64,000 bases of DNA from a virus. Its lineage: Duplodnaviria; Caudoviricetes. A program made the position numbers and the translations under genes. The stretch covers positions 204,813-268,812 of IMG/VR virus record IMGVR_UViG_3300029288_000060. One strand, given 5' to 3'. Below, piece by piece: positions 1 through 8,993 of the stretch (the stretch's first letter is position 1; each line of letters starts with the position of its first letter). Below the pieces are notes generated by a model that ran no database searches, was not told where the DNA came from, and saw only the letters and a list, made by a program, of their open reading frames with translations.

Positions 1-110
1 ACTTAACTTATTTAAAAAAGTTTCAACCTCTATTTTTATCTCATCTTGTTGTTTATTTTTCTTAAAAATATTCCATCCCATTAATGTCACTCCTTTTATA
101 AAATAGTTAA

Positions 111-563
111 CTATACATTTTTTAAAAATTTATTTTTTATGTAAAGTTCTTTTGTGTAACCTATAGCATCTTTCATCCTTTTAAATTTTTTTACTGATTG
201 TCCACCATTAGTAGATATATTACCTTTTGAATCCCAATAAAATTTATATAACTGAAGGCCAAAATATTTGCTATTTTTAAATCGATAAACTATTCCAATT
301 ACATGATTATGTAAGTAGATCAAGTGCCTTCCATTAGGAAATAATTTAGTAGTTATATCATTATCACTTGTTGCTTCCATTAAGTTTTTATGTTTGGTAT
401 TTATAGCCTCATTCTCTGGCGGATCTTCAAGATCAGGAATACCAAATGTATGTATATTTTCATCTATAGTTAAATCAAAACTGTCTAATGCTTCTAATAA
501 ATTAACTTTATGTGCAAATTCATTTATTCCGTCTTCTCCATGCCTTTTTACTTTATTTTTCAT
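111..563 (-). CDS. hypothetical protein (N-terminal KRHGExxINxFAHxVNL motif shared with 8225..8515)
   Basis: 150-aa ORF with GGAG RBS; N-terminus paralogous to 8225..8515. Confidence 0.6.
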   Translation of the reverse strand: MKNKVKRHGEDGINEFAHKVNLLEALDSFDLTIDENIHTFGIPDLEDPPENEAINTKHKNLMEATSDNDITTKLFPNGRHLIYLHNHVIGIVYRFKNSKYFGLQLYKFYWDSKGNISTNGGQSVKKFKRMKDAIGYTKELYIKNKFLKNV

Positions 564-747
564 GAATTTCCAACTCCGAAATAAGTTTTGATAGAGTTAA
601 AAATTCTTCTCCTGTAAGGAAAAAAGAATTACACCTAGTTAAAGTAGGGTGATAAGAAACTATGTATCCTCCTGTCCCAGTCTTTAGAATAGTGAATTCT
701 TTTAACTCATATAAAGATTCAATTGTATCATATTTATTTATACTCAT
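553..747 (-). CDS. hypothetical protein
   Basis: ORF with AAGGAG RBS, overlaps next gene in co-directional run. Confidence 0.55.
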   Translation of the reverse strand: MSINKYDTIESLYELKEFTILKTGTGGYIVSYHPTLTRCNSFFLTGEEFLTLSKLISELEIHEK

Positions 748-894
748 TATTTCTCCTTTTTTACCATTTAATATTTAATAATGCTAAAAGAGACGCACAA
801 AACCATGCAATGGCCGCGTCATAATTTTTCCTTTTGATGTATAATACAAAATTAATAAGTATCAAAAGCAATGCTATAATATCAAATGCCATCA

Positions 895-1206
895 TTATTC
901 CTTAGCCCATTCAGCAGTATCCAACAAAGCATGAATAGCATCTATAACATATGCCTTATCTTGTTCTGGTGCTATAGTTGACCGAATGGCTAACACCAAG
1001 CGTTCCAACTCTGTTTTGTCATCTGATCCAATTATTTGAATAAGAGCTCTTCTGAGTTTAAGTATTGCCTCTTCAGCTTTTCGTAATGGATGTTTTTTAC
1101 AAATTCTAATATGATCAGTAAGAACTTGAATATCAGCACCACTTGCTGGCGTTCCTGCTGGATATTCTTCACCACAATATACACATGTTAAAATATTATT
1201 ATCCAT
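895..1206 (-). CDS. hypothetical protein with CxxC...HxxxC zinc-finger-like motif
   Basis: CVYC and HIRIC motifs; AAGGAG RBS. Confidence 0.6.
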   Translation of the reverse strand: MDNNILTCVYCGEEYPAGTPASGADIQVLTDHIRICKKHPLRKAEEAILKLRRALIQIIGSDDKTELERLVLAIRSTIAPEQDKAYVIDAIHALLDTAEWAKE

Positions 1207-1299
1207 ATTATTACTCCTTTTTATTTCACTGCTCTAATCTATTTAAAAACTGGCTAATTAAAGCACTTAAAACTCCGAAGCAAATAGAGATTACGATAC

Positions 1300-1734
1300 C
1301 TATAATGTCTGACATTTCTTCTGTTCCTCAACTTTTAATTTCTTCAATTCATAATGTTTACATTCTCCAGGATTTGAAGGAAGTTTAAAAGTCGTATAAA
1401 CTTCCCATTCTCCTTTTGCACACCAATATCGCATTCGTGTATGTAGAAAATGTTTACAAGTAGGACAATTTCTAATTGGTATTCCTTCATTAATAACTTC
1501 AAATTTAAGTAAAAAGTTTGATGCCGCATATCTTGTCTTGAATCCCTCAACCAAACCAATTGATTGTGGGAGTCTATGTAGTGCACTCCAGCCCTTATTT
1601 TTAAAGAAAAATAATTGTCCTATATAAATATCCCCGATATAAAATAAAGTGTCAGTTTTTCTCTTCTTCCATTTCCAATCTAAAACTTTACCCTCTATTA
1701 CTGACGATAACTTCAAACCATGCCTCCTTCGCAC
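1300..1734 (-). CDS. hypothetical protein (true start probably TTG near 1716)
   Basis: ORF; AAGGAGG precedes the TTG of LKLSS. Confidence 0.5.
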   Translation of the reverse strand: MRRRHGLKLSSVIEGKVLDWKWKKRKTDTLFYIGDIYIGQLFFFKNKGWSALHRLPQSIGLVEGFKTRYAASNFLLKFEVINEGIPIRNCPTCKHFLHTRMRYWCAKGEWEVYTTFKLPSNPGECKHYELKKLKVEEQKKCQTL

Positions 1735-1891
1735 ATTCAGGAAAAGGAATAAACAATTTACTTAATGTACTACCAGTAGAATAATCAATTTTAAGTTCCG
1801 CATTGATTACTAAGTAGCATTTGTTATTGCGGGAAATTTTGATTTTATCTTCAATATTACCTATTTTTTCAACATACAAAAATTCTTTCAT
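1688..1891 (-). CDS. hypothetical protein
   Basis: ORF in co-directional run. Confidence 0.45.
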   Translation of the reverse strand: MKEFLYVEKIGNIEDKIKISRNNKCYLVINAELKIDYSTGSTLSKLFIPFPECAKEAWFEVIVSNRG

Positions 1892-1916
1892 ATTCTCTTT
1901 TTATTCCTTCGCCCAT

Positions 1917-2159
1917 TCAACCTAAATCTACCAAAATCCTTCGAATTAACTCTGGTATACTCTTTTTCCTTATATCCACTCCACGGTCCATACTTTCGCA
2001 AGCCTCAGCATACATCCAGCCGATAGCTTTGGCTCGAACGTCCTCAACATACTTTTCAAGTTCATCATAAGCCTTGCTTGTCGGATAAATGCCACAATCT
2101 CCTTCGTTGTCCAACATCTCACTTATAATCTTGCATATTACAGTTCTATCCTTATCCAT
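1917..2159 (-). CDS. hypothetical protein
   Basis: ORF with GAGG RBS. Confidence 0.6.
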   Translation of the reverse strand: MDKDRTVICKIISEMLDNEGDCGIYPTSKAYDELEKYVEDVRAKAIGWMYAEACESMDRGVDIRKKSIPELIRRILVDLG

Positions 2160-2346
2160 TTGTTTCCTCTTTTTTATGTCGTTGTTAGATTTAAGTAAAT
2201 ATACATCATCAGATTAAAAAACTTTATTATTAGAATAATAATACTCGTTATAGTTACTACTAACCATACAGGAGTTACCCACCAATCATCATCATAGTTA
2301 TCTTTTGAAGAGCACATTATTCCTTCTTTTTTCTCTGGTACTATCT

Positions 2347-2736
2347 TCACTTTACCTCCTTTGTCCATTCAGCTTTTACTTTACCTTCCCCATAAGGAAG
2401 TTCATACCATTGCTTTTCTAATCCTATAGATTCTAAGTCTGAAACAAGACCAACTCGAACAAGACAAAAATCTTTTACATGCTTTGTTCCACAAGTAATA
2501 AAAGGTAGAATATAAAACCCTCTTATTTTGCCATCTATTGTAATATTCTGAAAATCCTTTAACTCTTCGTTTGTAAGATTTAAAACTACTTCGTGATAGT
2601 TCCACGATTTTTCTTTGACAGTATTATTAGGAATCAAGTTGAATATTCTACAGAACCACTTTTCAATTCTATTGCGTGGTGTTGGCACAAATATGTCTTC
2701 ATAAGTATACCAACTAAATAAATATTGGTGTTGCAT
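2347..2736 (-). CDS. hypothetical protein
   Basis: Start moved to ATG 2736 (MQHQ) behind AAGGAGG. Confidence 0.55.
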   Translation of the reverse strand: MQHQYLFSWYTYEDIFVPTPRNRIEKWFCRIFNLIPNNTVKEKSWNYHEVVLNLTNEELKDFQNITIDGKIRGFYILPFITCGTKHVKDFCLVRVGLVSDLESIGLEKQWYELPYGEGKVKAEWTKEVK

Positions 2737-2738
2737 TT

Positions 2739-3248
2739 TTATTCCTCCTTTGCCCATTTAGCGACGATACGGCCTGTACCGTTGCAATTTTGACAATAGA
2801 ATTCATTTTTATTAACACCATAGGGCGTAACATCCCCTTTGCCTTCACATTCAGGACATTCCTCCCATCCCCATTTCTCTCTTGTTTCTGGCAGTGCCAA
2901 CCATTCGGAGAGTAAGACCATGATGCGTGGTTCGCCTTCGTCGGTGAGGGAGAAGAGCCATATATAATTGCTTTGTATTGTGAAAGGTCTTTTATCGGTA
3001 TCAAACCAACGTTCCCACTGCCAACCGCCGAACGCTTCCCACATCTCCCTCTTCTCCTTCCAAAACCACTGCAAGAAGGGGAGGTGGGTGTTGGGGGAGG
3101 AGTAGTCGGGATTAGGATTGAAAAAGTTTCTTAGTTCAATTTTCTCTCCACATTTAATACAGCTTGTATATCCTTTCTCTGTCAAATATGGGAATGGTTC
3201 ATGAAAGCACTTCCCTTCAAACAAGCACAACAGTTTATGGTTTATCAC
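2739..3248 (-). CDS. hypothetical protein with DnaJ-type CxxCxGxG zinc finger
   Basis: GTG start at 3248 behind AAGGAG; CPECEGKG and CQNCNGTG motifs; resembles 6889..7431. Confidence 0.6.
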   Translation of the reverse strand: MINHKLLCLFEGKCFHEPFPYLTEKGYTSCIKCGEKIELRNFFNPNPDYSSPNTHLPFLQWFWKEKREMWEAFGGWQWERWFDTDKRPFTIQSNYIWLFSLTDEGEPRIMVLLSEWLALPETREKWGWEECPECEGKGDVTPYGVNKNEFYCQNCNGTGRIVAKWAKEE

Positions 3249-3460
3249 TTTTTTATCTCCTTTGTAGGAAACTTGCAGTCTGTCATCCAATTTCCCCATG
3301 AAGAAATGATAGGAACACCACCTTGTGCAATACAAGCGTTTATAGACTTCCTTCTTGCATCGGCATATTCCTGATCTGAAATTGTGTCGGTAGGACTACA
3401 ACCCACTAAAAGAATTGCAACCAAAACAAGTATTGAAAATAAGAGTTTATGATTTATCAT
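3245..3460 (-). CDS. small lipoprotein
   Basis: ATG 3460 behind AAGGAGG; hydrophobic signal ending in LVGC lipobox. Confidence 0.6.
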   Translation of the reverse strand: MINHKLLFSILVLVAILLVGCSPTDTISDQEYADARRKSINACIAQGGVPIISSWGNWMTDCKFPTKEIKK

Positions 3461-3515
3461 CTTGACCTCCTTCGAGAGCATACAGAAATATTATAAGTCT
3501 ATACAATCTCCAATT

Positions 3516-3947
3516 TTATAGTAGTTTTTGAGTTACTTCCTCATGCTCACAGTTTTCACACTCATAAACATACCACCATTCTGTAACCGCTCCAGTTCTT
3601 GAATCGTAATCACCTTCTCTTTTAAATTCCAATTTTTTCTTATATTTATGTTTACATTTTTTGTGAACATTGAGCGACTTAATCACACGGCTAAGACACT
3701 CACATAACTCTGTACATTGTTCTATTTTTTGCATTGGGCAATCTGAACAGTCCATTTTATATCGGTATCTTGCAATATCTTTTAGTTTATCCCACTTCTC
3801 GGCCTTCTCGATGGTGGGGGCAAGGAGGGAGAGGATAGAATCAGCAACTTTATCTGCATCATAGTCACATTCACAAGAGGACATATAATCTTTCTGAAAG
3901 CCACTATGGGCTATGGTACATATCTCTCTTTTCAGTTCATCCTTCAT
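3516..3947 (-). CDS. mosaic-family small Cys-rich protein (KDEL...ADSILSLLAP...KAEKWDK)
   Basis: ORF containing blocks shared with neighbours. Confidence 0.6.
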   Translation of the reverse strand: MKDELKREICTIAHSGFQKDYMSSCECDYDADKVADSILSLLAPTIEKAEKWDKLKDIARYRYKMDCSDCPMQKIEQCTELCECLSRVIKSLNVHKKCKHKYKKKLEFKREGDYDSRTGAVTEWWYVYECENCEHEEVTQKLL

Positions 3948-3958
3948 CTCTCATCTCC

Positions 3959-4222
3959 TTAACATAGTGGGCATTCATCTATCCCGCCAAGTTTGCCGTG
4001 AATGGGACAGTCGTATTCCTCGATAATCTTAAAGCCTTCCACCTCATTGTAAACCACATATCTTGCCTTCTCATCCTCAAGGGGACACCAAGCGGGGATA
4101 CCTTCTTTTTCAACTATCTGGTCAGTACCCATGCACCTGTCGATAGTGGTAGTTCCGTCCCCCGCCAATTCTTCATACGACCACGGACATTCCCCGCAGT
4201 TCTCAACCTTGATTATTTTCAT
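3959..4222 (-). CDS. mosaic-family small Cys-rich protein (MKIIKV-CxxCP...CPLEDEK)
   Basis: ATG 4222 behind AAGGAGG inside 45-bp repeat. Confidence 0.6.
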   Translation of the reverse strand: MKIIKVENCGECPWSYEELAGDGTTTIDRCMGTDQIVEKEGIPAWCPLEDEKARYVVYNEVEGFKIIEEYDCPIHGKLGGIDECPLC

Positions 4223-4538
4223 CTTAACCTCCTTCGAGAGCTTCGACGATACTCTTTGCATATACACAAAGTACCTCTTCGCATGTTATCAGGGGGCAGG
4301 TATCGCACGTTCGAGTATTTCTCAACGCCGCTATCTCCTTCACCTTATCCCACTTCTCGGCCTCCTTCTCATCCTCAAGGGGACACTCTTTAGGAATGAC
4401 ATTACTATCAATAACTCTGCCTGTTACTCCGCATCGTTTTATCCCAAACACTATCAGACCGTTGTTAATTTTAGGACAATCGAAACAGCTTCTAACCTTG
4501 ATTATTTTCATCTTGACCTCCTTCGAGAGCTTCGACGA
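4205..4538. repeat. 45-bp direct repeat (4205-4249 and 4494-4538, 1 mismatch); partial copies at 3457-3479, 5068-5082, 5991-6007
   Basis: aaccttgattattttcatcttRacctccttcgagagcttcgacga; spans a gene end (EALEGG), the RBS and the next gene start (MKIIKV). Confidence 0.9.
4224..4511 (-). CDS. mosaic-family small Cys-rich protein (MKIIKV...CPLEDEK-AEKWDKVKE...EALEGG)
   Basis: ATG 4511 behind AAGGAGG inside 45-bp repeat. Confidence 0.6.
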   Translation of the reverse strand: MKIIKVRSCFDCPKINNGLIVFGIKRCGVTGRVIDSNVIPKECPLEDEKEAEKWDKVKEIAALRNTRTCDTCPLITCEEVLCVYAKSIVEALEGG

Positions 4539-4881
4539 CATCCCTGAATATACAACCACCGTACTCCAAGGTACAGGCATCTTCTTTCCATAAAGGGCAT
4601 TTGCACGGTGGTCTTGAATCTGCACACTCCTTCACCTTATCCCATAGGCGAGCCTTCTCGATGGCAGGATCAGGGTGTTGAATATCAGAAAGTATAGCTT
4701 TTGTCAACATTTCTTTTAGTTCTGGTTTAACATCGTCCATAAAGAAATGTAACCAGCGTTTTACTGTTTTTAATTCTTGTTGTGTCTTCTCAGCTTTCTT
4801 TAACTCAATCCTTATTTCATCAAGGATAGCACCGTTTTGAAAGTCTTCTATTTTAAGTTTATCAAACTCTTTAACTGTCAT
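4492..4881 (-). CDS. mosaic-family protein (ELKKAEK...KARLWDKVKE...EALEGG)
   Basis: ORF with shared blocks. Confidence 0.6.
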   Translation of the reverse strand: MTVKEFDKLKIEDFQNGAILDEIRIELKKAEKTQQELKTVKRWLHFFMDDVKPELKEMLTKAILSDIQHPDPAIEKARLWDKVKECADSRPPCKCPLWKEDACTLEYGGCIFRDVVEALEGGQDENNQG

Positions 4882-5062
4882 TCTTGTACCCCTCTTCGTG
4901 GTCTTCTGTTGACAATGAAAACCATCTAACTTGACTCAAAGGAATATGTCTATTTGTCCCGTTCGACAATCGCATCCATAAAAGATAAGCTCCAAACCGC
5001 ACTTCGGAGCATTCAAATACTTCTCTGTAACCGTCCCACCACCTTACATTAACTGTTTTCAT
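4871..5062 (-). CDS. hypothetical protein
   Basis: ORF with GGAGGT RBS, coupled overlap. Confidence 0.6.
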   Translation of the reverse strand: MKTVNVRWWDGYREVFECSEVRFGAYLLWMRLSNGTNRHIPLSQVRWFSLSTEDHEEGYKNDS

Positions 5063-5382
5063 CCCTTACCTCCTTCGAGAGCATCGTTAATATCTTTGCA
5101 GACGGCACCAGGGTACAAATGGGAACCGCAGATATAATTCAGGAAGCACTTGTCACATGAGGTTTCGAAGAGGGATTTTAGTTTATCCCACTTCTGAGCC
5201 TTCTCCCGCGTCTCGTTATCCTCTGCACCCGCCAGTTTTATAATCCTGTCAGTATGGGCTTCGGATAGTTTTTTCTCAAGTTCTATACACTCAGGGCACT
5301 CAATCCATGCCCTAACTATAAGTCTTTCGGGTACTTCGTTTGATACTTGTTTGCCACATTTCGAGCATTTAACGTGACTCAT
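5059..5382 (-). CDS. mosaic-family Cys-rich protein (KAQKWDKLK...DALEGG)
   Basis: ORF with shared blocks and CxxC pairs. Confidence 0.6.
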   Translation of the reverse strand: MSHVKCSKCGKQVSNEVPERLIVRAWIECPECIELEKKLSEAHTDRIIKLAGAEDNETREKAQKWDKLKSLFETSCDKCFLNYICGSHLYPGAVCKDINDALEGGKG

Positions 5383-5677
5383 CTTTCACCTCTATAAGAG
5401 CTTCTTCAAGTATCTGAATAACAGGAGTAGCCGATTTTACCATTGCTTCTTCTCTATCTGTTCCAACATCTCTTGCAAAGAAATGGAACCATACTTTCAC
5501 GGATTTCAATGTCTCTTTCATCTTCTCAGCCTTCTCAAGTTCGGGGGCAAGGATTGAGACGATTGAATCTGCAAACTTCCTTCCTTCGGATAGACAAAGA
5601 AGAAAGTCCCAATATTTTCCGTAACGATATTTTGCATAGAGTTCGGCTATCTTCTCTTTCAGTTCATCTGTGTTCAT
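5369..5677 (-). CDS. mosaic-family protein (DELKEKIA...ADSIVSILAPELEKAEK)
   Basis: ORF with shared blocks. Confidence 0.6.
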   Translation of the reverse strand: MNTDELKEKIAELYAKYRYGKYWDFLLCLSEGRKFADSIVSILAPELEKAEKMKETLKSVKVWFHFFARDVGTDREEAMVKSATPVIQILEEALIEVKDESR

Positions 5678-5762
5678 CTTTATATTCCTCTAATTTAAAA
5701 TTTTAAAAAGTATCGTGTAAATTATAGCGAATATTGTAATCCATATGATTAAGACTCTTATG

Positions 5763-5984
5763 TCAAGCATTTTTTATACCTTGCCAAAATTTTTCATATT
5801 TTTCTTGTACAGTACCGTTTCTTACGTCCTCTGGAAGATTCATATAATTAGGATAATCCTTAAATAAAATTATCTCCGGCCAAGAGGACAGGTCTGTAAC
5901 CTTCCAAACTATTATCCCGATTCCATTCTTAACTATTTTGACGGCTTTCTTTCTATTCTTATAGGTCAATATTTCATTAAACAT
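5763..5984 (-). CDS. hypothetical protein
   Basis: ORF in run. Confidence 0.5.
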   Translation of the reverse strand: MFNEILTYKNRKKAVKIVKNGIGIIVWKVTDLSSWPEIILFKDYPNYMNLPEDVRNGTVQEKYEKFWQGIKNA

Positions 5985-6189
5985 CTTTCACTTCGAGAGC
6001 TTCGACAAGTATATCCATCATGCAACGCCTACGTCGATCACAATAACGTTCAATAGGACACTTCACATTCTCCAACCCTACAATACATGCGTTTTCCTCT
6101 ATCTCCTTCACCTTATCCCATAGGCGAGCTTTCTCTTGGAGTCCTTTCAATTCCCTATCATCAATCATGGTCATATTCATGCTAGTCAT
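5977..6189 (-). CDS. mosaic-family protein (EKARLWDKVKE...EALE)
   Basis: Start moved to ATG 6189; shared blocks. Confidence 0.55.
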   Translation of the reverse strand: MTSMNMTMIDDRELKGLQEKARLWDKVKEIEENACIVGLENVKCPIERYCDRRRRCMMDILVEALEVKDV

Positions 6190-6550
6190 CTTTCTTGCCC
6201 CCTTCAAGGTTTTGTACAACCATATAACAAGCATCTATCAAATCATAATTGTTGTATGTTTTTCTCGCGTTATCATCTACGGGAATGTTTGCTATTCGCT
6301 TTACACTATTCCATTTTTCAGCCTTCTTAAGTTCAGGGGTAATGATGGAGAATGTTTTATCGACAATAAGATTTGTCAGTTTTTTTACTCTGGCGCGGAA
6401 GAGGGGGTCGGTATTAAATCTGCCAATAGCATATTTTTCTTTGTTGTTTATTACATTTGCGGTAGTTGTACTTAAGTATACCGGGTAGAAAAACTGGTCG
6501 AGCAAAATGGTCGTAATGTACTGTATTTCATGAAATAGTTCATCCTTCAT
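6182..6550 (-). CDS. mosaic-family protein (MKDEL...PELKKAEKW...LEGG)
   Basis: ORF with shared blocks. Confidence 0.6.
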   Translation of the reverse strand: MKDELFHEIQYITTILLDQFFYPVYLSTTTANVINNKEKYAIGRFNTDPLFRARVKKLTNLIVDKTFSIITPELKKAEKWNSVKRIANIPVDDNARKTYNNYDLIDACYMVVQNLEGGKKDD

Positions 6551-6902
6551 CCTTCACCTCTATTCGTTTACCACACTTATGACAGAAAGTATAACCTTCA
6601 TAAAATTCAAACATACCACATGAAGTTATATATACGTCTTGACCATGTATTTGCCAATCATCCTTTGTCCACACGCATCTCTCAGCGTTGACAAGGGAGA
6701 GAATGCGGTCAGCAACTTCGTATTTATCCCAATATGGTGGGTCGTAACATCCTGCTTCGCTTGCTATTTCCTCTCTCAGTTCATCCTTTACTTGGTTTTC
6801 TTGTATCTTTTCCAAGAAGGTCTTACCATGCTTGAGGTAATATTCTTCATCCTCTTCCCTAATCTTTTTTACTTCTTCAATAGCTTTGTTAATGTTGTTC
6901 AT
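6540..6902 (-). CDS. mosaic-family protein (KDELREEIA...VADRILSL; C-terminal zinc ribbon)
   Basis: Shared blocks; TSCG...FCHKCGK. Confidence 0.6.
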   Translation of the reverse strand: MNNINKAIEEVKKIREEDEEYYLKHGKTFLEKIQENQVKDELREEIASEAGCYDPPYWDKYEVADRILSLVNAERCVWTKDDWQIHGQDVYITSCGMFEFYEGYTFCHKCGKRIEVKDEG

Positions 6903-7431
6903 CTTCCTCCTCCAAATACACTAATGCTGGATGCTTTCTTGTGCCGGAGCCGTGACAGGTTGAACATTTTTTACCATTAATCTGTAAACTATTGATTGTA
7001 CCATCATCCATTATCACACCACACTTAGGACATTTCTTTATTCCCCACTCCCGATACTTTGAAAGATAGTTAATGAGATTATCCATATTAAGTTGAGCGT
7101 TGAGTTGACCAATAAATGAATTTGTATCATCGTTTGCATGACAAGTCATATGAGCCATTTCCTCAAGATAAGATTCCCACACCTCCGGTAATTCCCGTTC
7201 CATATATTTCTTAACATAACCGAATTTATCAAGAGAAGAATCAGAATAAATTTGACTATAGTTCATGTTGACAAGCTTGGCTAAAAACATATCCTTATCC
7301 ATATTTGCCTCTTTTCTCCTTTGTTTTTTCCTCTTATCTCTTTTAAGTTGACACATGATACACGTCGCTCCATCATAAAAATACTTTTTACAAGTATTAT
7401 CTGGGCAACAGATAACAATATCATTTTTCAT
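6889..7431 (-). CDS. hypothetical zinc-finger protein
   Basis: CPKC and CSTCHGSG motifs; C-terminal part resembles 2739..3248. Confidence 0.55.
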   Translation of the reverse strand: MKNDIVICCPDNTCKKYFYDGATCIMCQLKRDKRKKQRRKEANMDKDMFLAKLVNMNYSQIYSDSSLDKFGYVKKYMERELPEVWESYLEEMAHMTCHANDDTNSFIGQLNAQLNMDNLINYLSKYREWGIKKCPKCGVIMDDGTINSLQINGKKCSTCHGSGTRKHPALVYLEEEDEQH

Positions 7432-7646
7432 GGATTATCCTCATAAACATGCTTCCAATAACCCCCGCACCACGTAGATGGTTTATACCATACGATTTTA
7501 GTGAATATCCAGTATTTTCTGTAAATCAATTCTCCGATTGTTTCATCATAAAATGTCCCGCCACATTTGGGACAACACGTTCCTTCTATTGGGACAGCGA
7601 TTTTGCATTTCAGACACCCTCTTATACTAACATAATGTTCATACAT
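7428..7646 (-). CDS. small zinc-ribbon protein
   Basis: CLKC...CPKCG; start ATG 7646 behind GGAG. Confidence 0.5.
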   Translation of the reverse strand: MYEHYVSIRGCLKCKIAVPIEGTCCPKCGGTFYDETIGELIYRKYWIFTKIVWYKPSTWCGGYWKHVYEDNP

Positions 7647-7938
7647 GATTATCTCCAAGACCGCAGAAACCATGTCTGTCGGGTTTTATTCTTGAGTACT
7701 CTATAGTGGCCGGGCTTATATTGTTTTTTGACCATCCATCTTCTTCACAACATGGAGTAGGTCTATCATACGTAATTTCTATTTCAGGTTCAGACCATTT
7801 CCACAACTGACAATCAGAAGCATCACATTTGATTTCATCCATTTTGTTAATTTCAGATGGAAGATAAAAGTTTGGAATTGTTAACACTGCCGCTTTGTAC
7901 TTTGGACATATTGTCTTTCTTGCCTCTTCTTCAGTCAT
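7639..7938 (-). CDS. hypothetical Cys-rich phage protein (MTEEEA..CP...C.ASDC..W.W...GFCG)
   Basis: ORF with GAGG RBS; motif typical of small phage proteins. Confidence 0.6.
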   Translation of the reverse strand: MTEEEARKTICPKYKAAVLTIPNFYLPSEINKMDEIKCDASDCQLWKWSEPEIEITYDRPTPCCEEDGWSKNNISPATIEYSRIKPDRHGFCGLGDNHV

Positions 7939-8142
7939 TTATTCCTCGCTTGGTAAATGAATCATACCAACCTGATATCTTTTTTGGCATCTCCTACAAA
8001 CTGTATATAATTTAGCATGTCTTCTTCCAATACCATCCGTAATATATTCTTCAACTTCAAAATATCTATTACAATCTCCATCTATACCATCACCATAATA
8101 ACCAGGTTCAGGCCTATGACCAAATAATTTACAAAGAATCAT
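7939..8142 (-). CDS. hypothetical protein (LCKLFGH...CxRC)
   Basis: ORF with AAGGAG RBS. Confidence 0.55.
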   Translation of the reverse strand: MILCKLFGHRPEPGYYGDGIDGDCNRYFEVEEYITDGIGRRHAKLYTVCRRCQKRYQVGMIHLPSEE

Positions 8143-8224
8143 TTTTTCACTCCTTTTTTATCTTCATATAACTTATTAATTTCTATTTCTCCTAAGATTT
8201 ATATATCCCCCAAAAAATATCAGT

Positions 8225-8515
8225 TTATTCACTTATAAAAGATCCTTTCTTACGATATTTACTGTTATTTGTAAAAAAATCCCCTGGATAGCTAGTCCCG
8301 TCGTCATAAGGAATACCGATTGCATTACGAGTTTCAATCGCATTTAATTCGAGAGTTGTTTCATTCAGCGCTTCTCTTATCTCTGATTCAGGATCTTCAA
8401 TCAAAATAGACCATTTACCCCCTTCGTCTGCTACCTGATCTAGATTGACATTATGAGCAAATTGATTAATATCTTCTTCTCCATGTCTTTTTAGTCCTTT
8501 CTTTTTATTTTTCAT
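8225..8515 (-). CDS. hypothetical protein (N-terminal motif shared with 111..563)
   Basis: KRHGEEDINQFAHNVNL. Confidence 0.6.
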   Translation of the reverse strand: MKNKKKGLKRHGEEDINQFAHNVNLDQVADEGGKWSILIEDPESEIREALNETTLELNAIETRNAIGIPYDDGTSYPGDFFTNNSKYRKKGSFISE

Positions 8516-8529
8516 ATTTCTCCCACCTT

Positions 8530-8943
8530 TTAATTTCTAGAATCAATTAAAATAAAATTTTCTATACTATTTTTTGGTATATGAAAACTTAAAATAACTC
8601 CTGAATTTTTATGTATTTTAAACACTCTTTCAACAGAAGAAAATGGTGCACTACTGGTAAGAGTCATAGTTACATATGATTCAGTTATAGAATTTACATC
8701 CTCATAAATCTGACAATATTTTGAGTTTACAATTCCGAAATTAGCTGCTCCATTTTTAATATAAATAAATTTTATTAAAATTTCAAGAGTTGAAGATGAA
8801 CTTCCAAGAAATTGACCGTGACTTAAAACTTTTGATGTATTATTTATTTGTTTTAATGGGTATGTCTCCGTAGCAGTTTCTTGACACCCAACTAAAAAAA
8901 TACCACACAATACAAAAATAATCATGATTGTTTTAATTTTCAT
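8530..8943 (-). CDS. putative lipoprotein
   Basis: Signal peptide with LVGC lipobox; GAGGTG RBS. Confidence 0.6.
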   Translation of the reverse strand: MKIKTIMIIFVLCGIFLVGCQETATETYPLKQINNTSKVLSHGQFLGSSSSTLEILIKFIYIKNGAANFGIVNSKYCQIYEDVNSITESYVTMTLTSSAPFSSVERVFKIHKNSGVILSFHIPKNSIENFILIDSRN

Positions 8944-8993
8944 CTTTCACCTCAAATTTCATAATTACTCCTTTAGCCTTACTTAGGTACTCC

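Larger units (their letters stand above)
4627..6129. repeat. 27-bp exact repeat (4627-4653, 6103-6129) and related WDK-box copies (3781-3805, 4345-4363, 5177-5195)
   Basis: ctccttcaccttatcccataggcgagc twice; ttatcccacttctcggcct twice; tttagtttatcccacttct twice. Confidence 0.9.

Noticed and set aside
3457-6129. CRISPR array or diversity-generating retroelement explaining the repeats
   Set aside because: Repeats are irregularly spaced, lie within coding frames and are of several types; there is no reverse transcriptase and no adenine-specific TR/VR mismatch pattern.
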